Assembly: GCA_963769725.1 (NCBI GenBank)
Contig: CAVYMU010000012.1
Location: 203,993 to 267,992 of the forward strand
Reading direction: 5' to 3'
DNA from: an uncultured Acidimicrobiaceae bacterium
GTDB lineage: Bacteria; Actinomycetota; Acidimicrobiia; Acidimicrobiales; Palsa-688
Length of the DNA stretch: 64,000 nucleotides
Shown here: positions 47,635-56,907 of the stretch, in pieces
Layout of the letters: each line of letters starts with the position of its first letter
How positions within the stretch are numbered: position 1 is the stretch's first letter
Program-made: the position numbers and the translations under genes
The notes under the pieces: model-generated
Database searches by the model: none
Told to the model about the DNA's origin: nothing
The model's input: only the letters and a program-made list of their open reading frames with translations

Positions 47635-48396
47635 ATGGCAGTACACGTTGACCGGCACGGCAGCACCGTCGTAGTGACGATTGATCGGCCTGAACGCCGC
47701 AACGCGCTCGACGGGGAGACCGTGGGCCTTATCGGTGCCGCCTTCGCCGCGGCCGAAGTAGACGACGAGGCTCGGGTGGTCGTGCTGACCGGCGCCGGCG
47801 AGCAGGCCTTCTGCGCCGGCATGGACCTCAAGGACTTTGTCGCTCCTCGCGACAACCCCCGTCCGGCCGGCCCCGGGCTGGAAGTGTTCACGACCCGCTG
47901 CTACCCCAAGCCCGTGATCGCCGCGGTCAATGGACCCGCGGTCGGTGGAGGCTTCGAGCTGGTAATGGCGTGCGATATCGCCGTCGCCGCCGAGCACGCC
48001 GTCTTCTCCGTGCCGGAGGTGCGGCGAGGATTGATCGGCGCCGGCTGCTCCACCCGATTGGCCGGCCGGGTCCCGCCGGCCTGGGCGTTCGAGATGACCT
48101 TCACCGGTGCGCCGATCTCAGCCACGCGGGCGGCGTCCATGGGATTGATAAACGAGGTGGTGCCCACCGGCGCGGCCCTGAGCCGGGCCCTCGTGATCGC
48201 CGAGATCATCACCCGCAACGCCCCGCTCGCTATCCGGGTGACCAAAGAGCTCATCTGGGATGAGCTCGGATCGCATGACAGCGCCGAGTGGGCGGCGATC
48301 AGATCCAAGGGGGCTCCGGTCTTCGCTTCCGAGGACGCCAAGGAAGGCGCCCGGGCTTTCGCCGAGAAGCGCGATCCAATCTGGACCGGGCGCTGA
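47635..48396 (+). CDS. enoyl-CoA hydratase/isomerase
   Basis: ATG 47635. MAVHVDRHGSTVVVTIDRPERRNAL...FCAGMDLK...AAVNGPAVGGGFELVMACD. Confidence 0.9.
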   Translation: MAVHVDRHGSTVVVTIDRPERRNALDGETVGLIGAAFAAAEVDDEARVVVLTGAGEQAFCAGMDLKDFVAPRDNPRPAGPGLEVFTTRCYPKPVIAAVNGPAVGGGFELVMACDIAVAAEHAVFSVPEVRRGLIGAGCSTRLAGRVPPAWAFEMTFTGAPISATRAASMGLINEVVPTGAALSRALVIAEIITRNAPLAIRVTKELIWDELGSHDSAEWAAIRSKGAPVFASEDAKEGARAFAEKRDPIWTGR

Positions 48397-48460
48397 CCCG
48401 CGCCGGGGAGCCGCCGCCGGCGTGACTGCCGGCTGACCGCAAGTCGATCGGCGGTGACGG

Positions 48461-48535
48461 CCGGGCTGGCCTCCGCCGGGCTGGCCTCCGCCGGGCTGCC
48501 CTCCGCCGGGCTGGGCTCCGCCGGGCTGGCCGCGG
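48461..48535. repeat. 15-nt tandem repeat x5 (CCGGGCTGGCCTCCG), intergenic
   Basis: Five consecutive units with 0-3 mismatches each. Confidence 0.85.
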
Positions 48536-48604
48536 TGATCGCCGGGTGACGCCAGGTGATAGCCGACGGTCTCCCCGGCGGTGCCAAGCAGATAGATTCG
48601 CCCG

Positions 48605-49207
48605 ATGGACGTCTTCGAAGCGATGGGCAGCGCCGTCTCGATGCGGTGGTTGAAACCAGACCCGGTCCCCGACGAGCTGGTCGACAGGCTGATCTGGGCG
48701 GCAACGAGAGCATCGAACCCAGGAAACGTGCAGCCGTGGGACTTCGTGGTCGTCCGCGATGAGGCCACCCGCCGCGACCTGGTCCAACTGATCGTCGCCC
48801 GCCTGAGCGGGATTCGTCAGCTCGCCAGCGCGCCCCAGCCCGACGATCCGACCCAGCGCCGGATGCTGCAGGGGGTCGGGTATCTGGTTGATCATCTCGC
48901 CGACGCACCGGTGCTCATCTTTGTGTGCGGGAACAACGTCTACCCGCCGAATGCCCCGCAGGAGCACATGATGTACTCGGCCACGTTCGCGGCGGCGCAA
49001 AACATCATGGTGGCGGCCCGGGCCCTGGGGCTAGGAGCGGCCTACACGACCTTCCAGCTCGGCTGTGAGGCGGAAATCAAGGACCGCCTCGATATTCCGC
49101 CGGAGACCAGGATCTGCGTGACGATCCCGGTCGGATGGCCAGGCAGACGGTCGGGACCCCTGACCCGGAAGCCCGTCGAGAGTGTGGTCCACCACGAACG
49201 CTGGTAA
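48605..49207 (+). CDS. nitroreductase family protein
   Basis: 200 aa. AVSMRWLKPDPVPDELVDRLIWAATRASNPGNVQPWDFVVV. Confidence 0.8.
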   Translation: MDVFEAMGSAVSMRWLKPDPVPDELVDRLIWAATRASNPGNVQPWDFVVVRDEATRRDLVQLIVARLSGIRQLASAPQPDDPTQRRMLQGVGYLVDHLADAPVLIFVCGNNVYPPNAPQEHMMYSATFAAAQNIMVAARALGLGAAYTTFQLGCEAEIKDRLDIPPETRICVTIPVGWPGRRSGPLTRKPVESVVHHERW

Positions 49208-49232
49208 GGCGCCCCCCGAAAACAACCAGTAG

Positions 49233-49814
49233 GTGACGCAGCCTGGCGGAGGCGAGGCATGCGAGCAACCGGGTAGGGTTGGTCACGTGCCCGACACGTG
49301 GATCAGCGACGACATGCGAGCTCTGGTAGGCCGGGAATTCGGGAGTCCGCGCCAGTCGTTGCCGATCTCCCTGTCCGACATCCGCAAGTGGGCTCTGGCG
49401 GTCTACTACCCGGAGATCCCACCTCCGTTGTTCTGGGATGAGGAGTACGCCAAGGCCACCGTGCACGGCGGCGTCGTCGCTCCCGAAGAGTTCAACCCCT
49501 TCGCGTGGATCACGGCCAGCGGACCGGTTGTGGCTCCCACCTTCCAGGGACCCATCCGCGGCAGCGGCCCCGAAGGTGCGTTCGGGGTTGAGGCGCCGGA
49601 GACCACTTTCATCCTCAACGGGGGCAGCGAGGTCACCTACGGTGTCCGGATGCGTCCTGGCGACGTCATCACATCAGGCCAGACCAAGGTGGTCGACTAC
49701 CAGGAGCGCCCGAGCCGGCTCGGCCTGATGCTCCTCACCACGACCGAGTCGACCTGGACCAACCAGGAGGGCGAGATGGTCAAGGTGACTCAGGGCACCG
49801 GTCTCAGATATTGA
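49233..49814 (+). CDS. MaoC-like dehydratase N-terminal-type (FAS1-like hotdog) protein
   Basis: ISLSDIRKWALAVYYPE...VVAPEEF...RPGDVI. The start is possibly GTG near 49287. Confidence 0.65.
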   Translation: MTQPGGGEACEQPGRVGHVPDTWISDDMRALVGREFGSPRQSLPISLSDIRKWALAVYYPEIPPPLFWDEEYAKATVHGGVVAPEEFNPFAWITASGPVVAPTFQGPIRGSGPEGAFGVEAPETTFILNGGSEVTYGVRMRPGDVITSGQTKVVDYQERPSRLGLMLLTTTESTWTNQEGEMVKVTQGTGLRY

Positions 49815-49839
49815 TTTTCGAAGCCTCTCGCGGCGATCC

Positions 49840-49858
49840 GAGGACCGTCACGGTCCTC
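49840..49858 (+). terminator. 8-bp hairpin downstream of the MaoC-N gene
   Basis: GAGGACCG-tca-CGGTCCTC. Confidence 0.35.
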
Positions 49859-49916
49859 ACCCGGAGCCTAGTATCGCACCCCGCCGGCAACGGCTTGAGC
49901 CCCAGGAGAGAGTGCA

Positions 49917-50792
49917 ATGGAGCGTCAGGAGTTGGAGACCGTCATCTACGAGAAAGAAGGTCCGGTCGCCAGAATTATCCTCAATAGGCCCGAGAAGGCC
50001 AACTCGCAGAATTCGCCGATGGTGTGGGACGTCGAAAACAGCTTGAAAGACGCCGAGTCGGACTATGCGATCAAAGTCGTAATCCTCAAGGCCAACGGCA
50101 GGGGTTTTTGTGCCGGGCATGATGTCGGCGGCCCCGGCCCGCTGTTCCCGGAGTTCGCCGAAGCGGCCGAGGCCGGCCACCCGTGGGGCGGACCGGCCAC
50201 CCTCTTCATGTGGCCGGTTCTTCACCTATGGGAGTTTCAAAAGCCAACTGTCGCGGCCGTACAGGGATACTGCGTAGGGGGAGGAACGTACTTCGCACTG
50301 CTCAACGACATTGTCGTGGCATCGCAGGACGCCTACTTCCAGATGCCACTCCCCCAGGGACTCGGCTTCCCGGGCGGTGAAACCATGGTCGAGCCCTGGG
50401 TGATGATGAACTTCCACCACGCCTACGAGTACTTGTACTTGTCGAAGACCGTCGACGCCCAGGAGGCGTACCGCCTCGGAATGGTGAATCGCGTCGTGCC
50501 TCGTGACGACCTGGACGATACCGTCGAAGTCATCGCCCACCAGATTGCCCAAGCCCCTCTCTCCGTCCTGATGGGCATCAAGGCCGGCGTCAAACGGGCC
50601 TGGGAGGGAATGGGAATGCGCGTCCACCTCCAGGCCCATTTGCAGGTGATGCAGGCCGTCGGTCACGCCGGCGACGTTGCGGCTTGGAGACAGGAGAACC
50701 GGGACAAGGACTATGGGGCGTCGCCGCGCCAGATCGCGGCCAAGCGAGCCGAGGTGGCCGCCGAAGCAGCCCGGTCAAGATCTCGCGACTGA
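49917..50792 (+). CDS. enoyl-CoA hydratase/isomerase family protein
   Basis: 291 aa. ARIILNRPEKANSQN...FCAGHDVG...AAVQGYCVGGGTYFAL. Confidence 0.85.
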   Translation: MERQELETVIYEKEGPVARIILNRPEKANSQNSPMVWDVENSLKDAESDYAIKVVILKANGRGFCAGHDVGGPGPLFPEFAEAAEAGHPWGGPATLFMWPVLHLWEFQKPTVAAVQGYCVGGGTYFALLNDIVVASQDAYFQMPLPQGLGFPGGETMVEPWVMMNFHHAYEYLYLSKTVDAQEAYRLGMVNRVVPRDDLDDTVEVIAHQIAQAPLSVLMGIKAGVKRAWEGMGMRVHLQAHLQVMQAVGHAGDVAAWRQENRDKDYGASPRQIAAKRAEVAAEAARSRSRD

Positions 50793-50808
50793 GCGGGACT
50801 AGGAACGG

Positions 50809-51810
50809 ATGTCGGTCAACCTGCACAACCGGAGCTTTGTCAAAGAGCTCGATTTCTCGGCGGAAGAGCTCCGCTTCTTGCTCAGCCTGTCGCGCCAGCT
50901 CAAGGCGGCCAAGCGGAACGGCTGTGAGCGAAAGCAATTGATTGGCAAGAACATCGCGCTCATCTTCGAAAAGACATCCACCCGCACCCGGTGCGCCTTC
51001 GAGGTGGCGGCCTATGACCAGGGCGCCCATGTCACCTACCTGGGTCCCGACGGCACCCAGATCGGGCACAAGGAGTCGATACGCGACACGGCCCGGGTCC
51101 TGGGCCGTATGTTCGACGCCATCGAGTACCGCGGGTATCAGCAGGCCGCGGTCGAAGAGCTGGCCCGCTTCGCCGGTGTGCCTGTCTACAACGGCCTGAC
51201 CGACGAGTTCCATCCCACCCAGATGCTGGCTGACGTTCTCACCATGCAGGAGCACTGCGACAAGCCACTTGGCGAGATCTCGTACTGCTACCTGGGCGAT
51301 GCGGCCTTCAACACGGGCAACTCGCTGATGATCATCGGCGCCAAGCTCGGCATGGATGTCCGGATCTGCGCGCCAGCGCAGCTCCGGCCTGACCCCGAGT
51401 TGGTGAAGAAGGCGACGGAGATCGCGGCTGGATCTGGGGCCCGCCTGATGATCACGGACGATATTGACCAGGCCGTGATGGGCGTTGATTTCTTGTGTAC
51501 CGACGTGTGGCTATCGATGGGCGAACCGGCGTCTCAGTGGAACGACCGCATCGAGTGGCTCCGCTCCTACCAGGTGGACATGCGCATCGTTTCACGCACC
51601 GGTAACCCGAACGTGAAGTTCATGCACTGCTTACCTGCCTTCCATGATCGGGGCACCAAGATCGGCCAGGAGCTCTACGAAACGTATGGACTCGATGGCC
51701 TCGAAGTCACCGACGAGGTGTTCGAGTCGGCGCATTCAATAGTCTTCGACGAGGCCGAGAACCGGGTCCACACCATCAAGGCCATCCTGGTCGCCACCCT
51801 CGGCTCCTAA
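50809..51810 (+). CDS. argF: ornithine carbamoyltransferase (ArgI/ArgF/ArcB type, 333 aa)
   Basis: Near-colinear with the enterobacterial enzyme as I recall it. Motifs [52 protein letters not shown] and [10 protein letters not shown]. Confidence 0.92.
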   Translation: MSVNLHNRSFVKELDFSAEELRFLLSLSRQLKAAKRNGCERKQLIGKNIALIFEKTSTRTRCAFEVAAYDQGAHVTYLGPDGTQIGHKESIRDTARVLGRMFDAIEYRGYQQAAVEELARFAGVPVYNGLTDEFHPTQMLADVLTMQEHCDKPLGEISYCYLGDAAFNTGNSLMIIGAKLGMDVRICAPAQLRPDPELVKKATEIAAGSGARLMITDDIDQAVMGVDFLCTDVWLSMGEPASQWNDRIEWLRSYQVDMRIVSRTGNPNVKFMHCLPAFHDRGTKIGQELYETYGLDGLEVTDEVFESAHSIVFDEAENRVHTIKAILVATLGS

Positions 51811-51852
51811 GCGTCCGCTGAGCCGGGCGCGCCGACACGTCCCTCCGGCGAG

Positions 51853-52572
51853 GTGGCACCTGCCAAGCTTGCGGACATGAGTGGAGAGCAGTCCAGTGCG
51901 GACGGTACCGACGCCATCGGGCGGCTCGCCTTCCGCCCCCGGTCAGGTCGCGGGGCTCCGGGTGGCCAGGACCGCCCTCTCGGGATCGGCTCTGATCGCG
52001 ACGGTGTGTTATATGTGCCAGAGACAGCCGGACCAGGAGCTCCGATCATCGTGTTTCTCCATGGCGCGGGCGGCACCGGCCAGCGCGTGCTGCGACCAGT
52101 CCTGAGCGCCGCCGACCGGTACGGCACGGTGATCGCGGCTCCGGACTCACGCGGTCCCACGTGGGACCTCATCACCATGCAAGGGTTCGGGCCCGACGTC
52201 GCGTTCATCGACCGGGTCCTCAACACGGTCGCGGCCGAGTGTGACGTTGACTTCCGCCAGCTCGCCATCGGCGGCATCTCCGACGGGGCGTCCTATGCGT
52301 TATCGCTCGGCCTGACCAACGGCGACGTCTTCCCGGCCATCGTCGCTTTCTCGCCGGGATTTGCCGTGACCCCAGCGACCAACGGAAAGCCTCGGGTGTT
52401 CATCTCCCACGGGACCAGCGACTCCGTCCTGCCCATCGATGTCTGCGGCAGACGACTGGCGGCCCTGCTCGGCCTCGACGGCTATTCAGTGACCTTTCAC
52501 GAGTTCGCCGGCGGCCACACGGTGCCACCCGAGGTGGCCGACCTCGGCTTCCGGTGGTGGGTGGACGTCTGA
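51853..52572 (+). CDS. alpha/beta hydrolase (phospholipase/carboxylesterase-type esterase)
   Basis: 239 aa. VFLHGAGGTG and nucleophile elbow GISDG. Start uncertain. Confidence 0.7.
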   Translation: MAPAKLADMSGEQSSADGTDAIGRLAFRPRSGRGAPGGQDRPLGIGSDRDGVLYVPETAGPGAPIIVFLHGAGGTGQRVLRPVLSAADRYGTVIAAPDSRGPTWDLITMQGFGPDVAFIDRVLNTVAAECDVDFRQLAIGGISDGASYALSLGLTNGDVFPAIVAFSPGFAVTPATNGKPRVFISHGTSDSVLPIDVCGRRLAALLGLDGYSVTFHEFAGGHTVPPEVADLGFRWWVDV

Positions 52573-52662
52573 GGCCCGAACCGAGGCCGGGTCGGGTGGC
52601 ATCGGTCGCCCCGGGAGCGTGAGATTGACACAGTGGCTCCCGTTCGGCAGAGTGCACCTGCC

Positions 52663-53337
52663 ATGATCGACAAGCGGGTGCCGAGCCTCGCCGAGGCCGT
52701 AGCCGGCATTGAGGACGGCGCTACCGTCCTGGTGGGCGGCTTCGGTGAAGTCGGCGTGCCCAACGATCTGATCGACGCCCTCGTATCGCAAGGCGCGACC
52801 GACCTCACCATCGTCGCCAACAATGCCGGCGCCGGCGAGCGGGGTGTGGCCGCCTTGTTGAAGGCCGGCCGGGTCCGCAAGGTGATCTGCTCGTACCCCC
52901 GCTCCGCGGGGTCGGTGTGGTTCGAGGATCGCTACCGGCGCGGTGACGTCGAGCTGGAAGTAGTCCCGCAGGGTGTGTTGTCGGAGCGGATCCGAGCCGC
53001 CGGAGCAGGGATCGGGGCTTTCTACAACGCCACAGGCGTAGGCACCACTCTGGCGGAAGGCAAGGAAACGCGGGTGCTGGACGGACGGGTCCAGGTCCTC
53101 GAGTATCCCCTTCGAGGCGATGTGGCCCTGGTGAAAGGCCGTCTGGCCGATCGATGGGGCAACCTGGTGTACCGGGCCACGGCCCGGAACTATGGTCCGA
53201 CCATGGCCATGGCCGCGGGCCTCACGGTGGCCGAGGTGGACGGCATCGTAGAACTTGGCGGCCTCGATCCCGAGTTGATCGTGACGCCGGGGATCTTCGT
53301 GGACCGAGTGATCAGTGTCGGTGGCCGCCATGGTTGA
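52663..53337 (+). CDS. class I CoA-transferase subunit A (3-oxoacid CoA-transferase-like)
   Basis: ATG 52663. MIDKRVPSLAEAVAGIEDGATVLVGGFGEVGVPNDLIDAL. Confidence 0.85.
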   Translation: MIDKRVPSLAEAVAGIEDGATVLVGGFGEVGVPNDLIDALVSQGATDLTIVANNAGAGERGVAALLKAGRVRKVICSYPRSAGSVWFEDRYRRGDVELEVVPQGVLSERIRAAGAGIGAFYNATGVGTTLAEGKETRVLDGRVQVLEYPLRGDVALVKGRLADRWGNLVYRATARNYGPTMAMAAGLTVAEVDGIVELGGLDPELIVTPGIFVDRVISVGGRHG

Positions 53338-54010
53338 CGCTCCCGTACTGAAGCGATGGTCCCGGGCTCAGGTTGCGGCTCGAGTCGCCGTCGACATTCC
53401 CGATGGCAGCTACGTCAACCTGGGCATCGGCATCCCTACCCTGGTCGCCGATCACGTGCCCGAGGGGCGCGAGATCGTATTTCACAGCGAGAACGGTCTC
53501 CTCGGAATGGGCCCGGCGCCCGCCGCGGCTGCCCTCGATCCGGACGTGATCAACGCTGGCAAGCAGCCCGTGACCGTCGTCCGCGGCGGCTCATTCATGG
53601 GGCATGCCGATTCGTTTGCGCTCATTCGCGGTGGCCATCTGGATCTCGCGGTCATGGGAGGGTTCGAGGTGTCCAGCGGGGGGGACCTGGCCAACTGGGC
53701 GGGGGACGGGGAAACGGTGCCGGCGGTCGGCGGGGCCATGGATCTGGCGGCCGGCGCTCGCGATGTGTGGGTTGCCATGACCCACACCACGGCAGAGGGA
53801 CGGCCGAAACTGGTCGAGCAGTGTCGCCTGCCTTTGACCGCGCCGAATGTGGTAACCCGGGTCTATACCGACCTTGCCGTCCTGGAGGTCGACCGTGACC
53901 AGCGCTGCTTCGTGGCGATCGAGGTCGTGGCCGGGTTGAGTCTGCCCGAACTCCAGGCGGTCACCGCCGCGCCGGTACGCTCCGGCGGGGCAGCTCCGGC
54001 GTCCGGCTGA
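53330..54010 (+). CDS. class I CoA-transferase subunit B
   Basis: ATG 53330 overlaps the subunit A stop. GSYVNLGIGIPT...FHSENGLLGMGP. Confidence 0.85.
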   Translation: MVDAPVLKRWSRAQVAARVAVDIPDGSYVNLGIGIPTLVADHVPEGREIVFHSENGLLGMGPAPAAAALDPDVINAGKQPVTVVRGGSFMGHADSFALIRGGHLDLAVMGGFEVSSGGDLANWAGDGETVPAVGGAMDLAAGARDVWVAMTHTTAEGRPKLVEQCRLPLTAPNVVTRVYTDLAVLEVDRDQRCFVAIEVVAGLSLPELQAVTAAPVRSGGAAPASG

Positions 54011-54030
54011 GCCCGGACCGCCGGGGGCAC

Positions 54031-55731
54031 TCAGTCGGTGACGGTAACCAGATCGCCAACCGCCAGTTCCGAAAACGCCACCGCCGCCGTCGGGACGGGC
54101 AACTCGACGCAGCCGAGACTCTGGGGATAGCCGTAGGAGCCCCGCACGAAGCCGTGCACCGCGTCACCGCCATTGAAATAGTTGATCCAGAACACCAGGT
54201 CGTCGTACGTGCTCCCATCGGGGTTGGTGCCCCGCATGTGGTTCTCTGCGTAACGCACGTAGATGGGGAAGGTGCCGGCTGCAGTAGGACGGTCAGGGAT
54301 ACCGGTGTTGGCGAGCGAGGTGAGCACGTTCGAGCCGTCTTCCCACAAGGTCATCGTCTCAGGAAGGCTCTGCGAGACGTAGACGTAGGAGTAGGGATTC
54401 GGGTCGAGTTGGTTGCTCGCGGCCGCCTGTAGCAGCGCCTCCCACGTTGAGGCATCGGCGAGCTGGGCCACGGTCTCAGGGTCAACCGTGTAACCGTCGT
54501 AGGAACCCTGGTTCGAGAGGAAGGCCATGAGGGCTCCCTTCACCAAGGGGTTGGGCGAGCCGGCTGTCCACTGGGCTTGCAGGGACGCCGGGGTCGATGC
54601 CCAGCGCCAGGAGAGGTTGCCGGCCAACGGCTGGGACATCGTCGCCACCTCCTCGGCAAAAGTGGTCGGCACCTTCACGCCGGCGGCAGGCTGGAACTGA
54701 AGGGGCAGGTAGTGGAGTTGGGCGAGGATCTGCTCCAGACGGGCCAAGGAACCCGGGGCCACGCTGAAGTGGTACGCGGTGCTGGCCGCAGTGAGGCGAT
54801 TCGAAGGACTCGCACCGACGACGGAAACCGGCCGGTCGAAGGAGACGGTCACCGCCGCGTCAGGACCAAAACCGAAGCCGCTCGGCGTAAACATCAAGAT
54901 GTTCGCGGCCGGCTCTGTCCAGGTACCCGCCACCGCGGGTGACACGACCGGGCGGGTCGCACCCAGAGCGGTCGCCACGGGCTGGGCGAAGGTCAGTTTG
55001 ATGGGCGCATTCGGGGCGGCGGTCGCCGTCTCCGGTGCGGGGTCAGCCAGGGCGACCGGTCCGGCTCCCGCCGGGGCGACGAACCAGGTCAGGGCGCTGG
55101 CGTGGGAGGAGACCGTCTCCCAGGGCAGGGGGGCGGCCGCGACCTGCAGGGAGCCCGCCGCAGCCTGGGCTGGCACGGCGAGCTCCGCCGTGGTCGCGGG
55201 CCGGTCGAGGTGCAGGACCTGCGCCGGTCCGCCCCCGGCCCGGTAGTCGACGACGCTCACCGGGTGGTCGAAGCGCACCGGTACCACGCCGGGGCGCGAC
55301 GCCAGGGCCACCGATGCGGTTGTCGTCGCCGCAGGAGTCTTCAGGGTCTTGGTCGTCGTCACCCGGCCACCCACCAGCCAGCGCAGCCACGACGGCGGAG
55401 TAACGGTGGCGGTGACCTCTACCACCTCGTCCTGGGCCAGGGCGTGGTTCGGCACGAGACCGTCGGCCGTCCGAACCAACGCCACCGGGCGGCCGGCGCT
55501 CGTCGCCTGCCCGTTGGTGAGTTTGGTCCCCAGGCCGCTCACGTGGACGTCGAACATCGCCAGCCGAGACGCCGACACGGTGACGCCGGGACGACCCCAG
55601 ATGAGGGCCAGCACCACTGCCACCCCGGCGACGGCAACCAGGCCGCCGGCCGCTACCGCCAGTGGAACGACCCACGCATGGCTCCGACGGCGCTGGTACC
55701 GGTGCCGAGGGGTCCTCGATCGTCGGATCAT
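54031..55731 (-). CDS. membrane-anchored L,D-transpeptidase (YkuD domain) protein
   Basis: 566 aa. N-terminal basic segment plus TM helix (VVPLAVAAGGLVAVAGVAVVLALIW). C-terminal HGFVRGSYGYPQSLGCVELP catalytic motif. Confidence 0.8.
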   Translation of the reverse strand: MIRRSRTPRHRYQRRRSHAWVVPLAVAAGGLVAVAGVAVVLALIWGRPGVTVSASRLAMFDVHVSGLGTKLTNGQATSAGRPVALVRTADGLVPNHALAQDEVVEVTATVTPPSWLRWLVGGRVTTTKTLKTPAATTTASVALASRPGVVPVRFDHPVSVVDYRAGGGPAQVLHLDRPATTAELAVPAQAAAGSLQVAAAPLPWETVSSHASALTWFVAPAGAGPVALADPAPETATAAPNAPIKLTFAQPVATALGATRPVVSPAVAGTWTEPAANILMFTPSGFGFGPDAAVTVSFDRPVSVVGASPSNRLTAASTAYHFSVAPGSLARLEQILAQLHYLPLQFQPAAGVKVPTTFAEEVATMSQPLAGNLSWRWASTPASLQAQWTAGSPNPLVKGALMAFLSNQGSYDGYTVDPETVAQLADASTWEALLQAAASNQLDPNPYSYVYVSQSLPETMTLWEDGSNVLTSLANTGIPDRPTAAGTFPIYVRYAENHMRGTNPDGSTYDDLVFWINYFNGGDAVHGFVRGSYGYPQSLGCVELPVPTAAVAFSELAVGDLVTVTD

Positions 55732-55954
55732 CGTGGGCGTGGCTGGCTCCCTGCTGGGCGGAGCTCGAACTCGTTCACAAAGACACTATTCGCGATGCGA
55801 AGCGAATTGGGCGCGCCCGAACGCAGGGCGATCTTCCGGGCGACCCGGCCGGGCGGACCGGTCCGGGCTGGGCCCCCGGCTCGACGCCCATCCGAAGCGC
55901 CGCGGCCGGATGGTGCGGGAAGCCGCCGGGGTCAGCGAAGACAGGTGGGCCGAC

Positions 55955-56836
55955 TCAGCGAACGGCGATCGTATCCAACTCGGGCAGGAGACCGGCGTAG
56001 CGGTCGACAAACCGCATGGTCTGCGTCGGGTCGTCCCAGCCCTGCCGGGAGACTCCAATGATGGTTCGCTCGACTCCCAACTCGGCGTAGTACCGCAGGG
56101 CCTCAGCAGTCGGGTCGCCGAACGCCAGCATCGAGATCGGGACCCGGCCCCGCCCGGCCTGGGCCGCGGCGGCACGGAACAATCCGATCTTGCGCTCGAT
56201 CCGGCCATTGGCGACGGTGCCCAGGGCCACGTCCATCGGCATCCAGCCATCGGCCCAGCGCACCGCGTGCTGGGTGCCCAGCTTTCCACCCATACCGCAG
56301 TACACCGGCAGGGGTTGGCCGACGGGTTTGGGCAGACTCCACACCGGGTCGAAGTCGAAGTACCGGCCGTGGTACTCGGACTCCTCCGCGGTCCACAGGC
56401 ACCGCAATGCCTCCACGCACTCCTCGAGGGCATGGTAGCGCTGGGCCCAGGGGACGTCGGTGTGGTTGGCGAGCTCCTCCCGGTTCCAGCCCACCCCTAC
56501 GCCGAACAGCAAACGGCCGCCGGAGAGGCGATCCAGGGTGGCGGCGGTCTTCGCCAGCGCGATCACATCGTGTTCGAGCGGCAGGGAGACGCCGGTGCCG
56601 ATGAGTAGCGACTCGGTGGCACTGGCGGCCAGCATGAGGGCCACGTAGGGGTCCATCATCCGGATGTAGGGGCCGGGCAACTCGCCGCCGGCGGGGTAGG
56701 ACGTCTGGCGGGATGTCGGGATGTGGGTGTGCTCGCCGATCCACAGCGAGTCGTAGCCTCGGTCCTCGAGGGCGCGAGCCAGCACGTCGGGCCTGAGCTC
56801 CTCGGGTGTGTTCATCGAACTGAACCCCAGTTTCAC
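55955..56836 (-). CDS. LLM-class F420-dependent oxidoreductase
   Basis: 293 aa. YDSLWIGEHTHIP...GRLLFGVGVGWN. Confidence 0.8.
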   Translation of the reverse strand: MKLGFSSMNTPEELRPDVLARALEDRGYDSLWIGEHTHIPTSRQTSYPAGGELPGPYIRMMDPYVALMLAASATESLLIGTGVSLPLEHDVIALAKTAATLDRLSGGRLLFGVGVGWNREELANHTDVPWAQRYHALEECVEALRCLWTAEESEYHGRYFDFDPVWSLPKPVGQPLPVYCGMGGKLGTQHAVRWADGWMPMDVALGTVANGRIERKIGLFRAAAAQAGRGRVPISMLAFGDPTAEALRYYAELGVERTIIGVSRQGWDDPTQTMRFVDRYAGLLPELDTIAVR

Positions 56837-56907
56837 AAGAGATCATCCACCATTCGAGATCATTTGGCGTGGCTCCACATCACGGAGCACGAGCGACCCT
56901 TTAAAAA

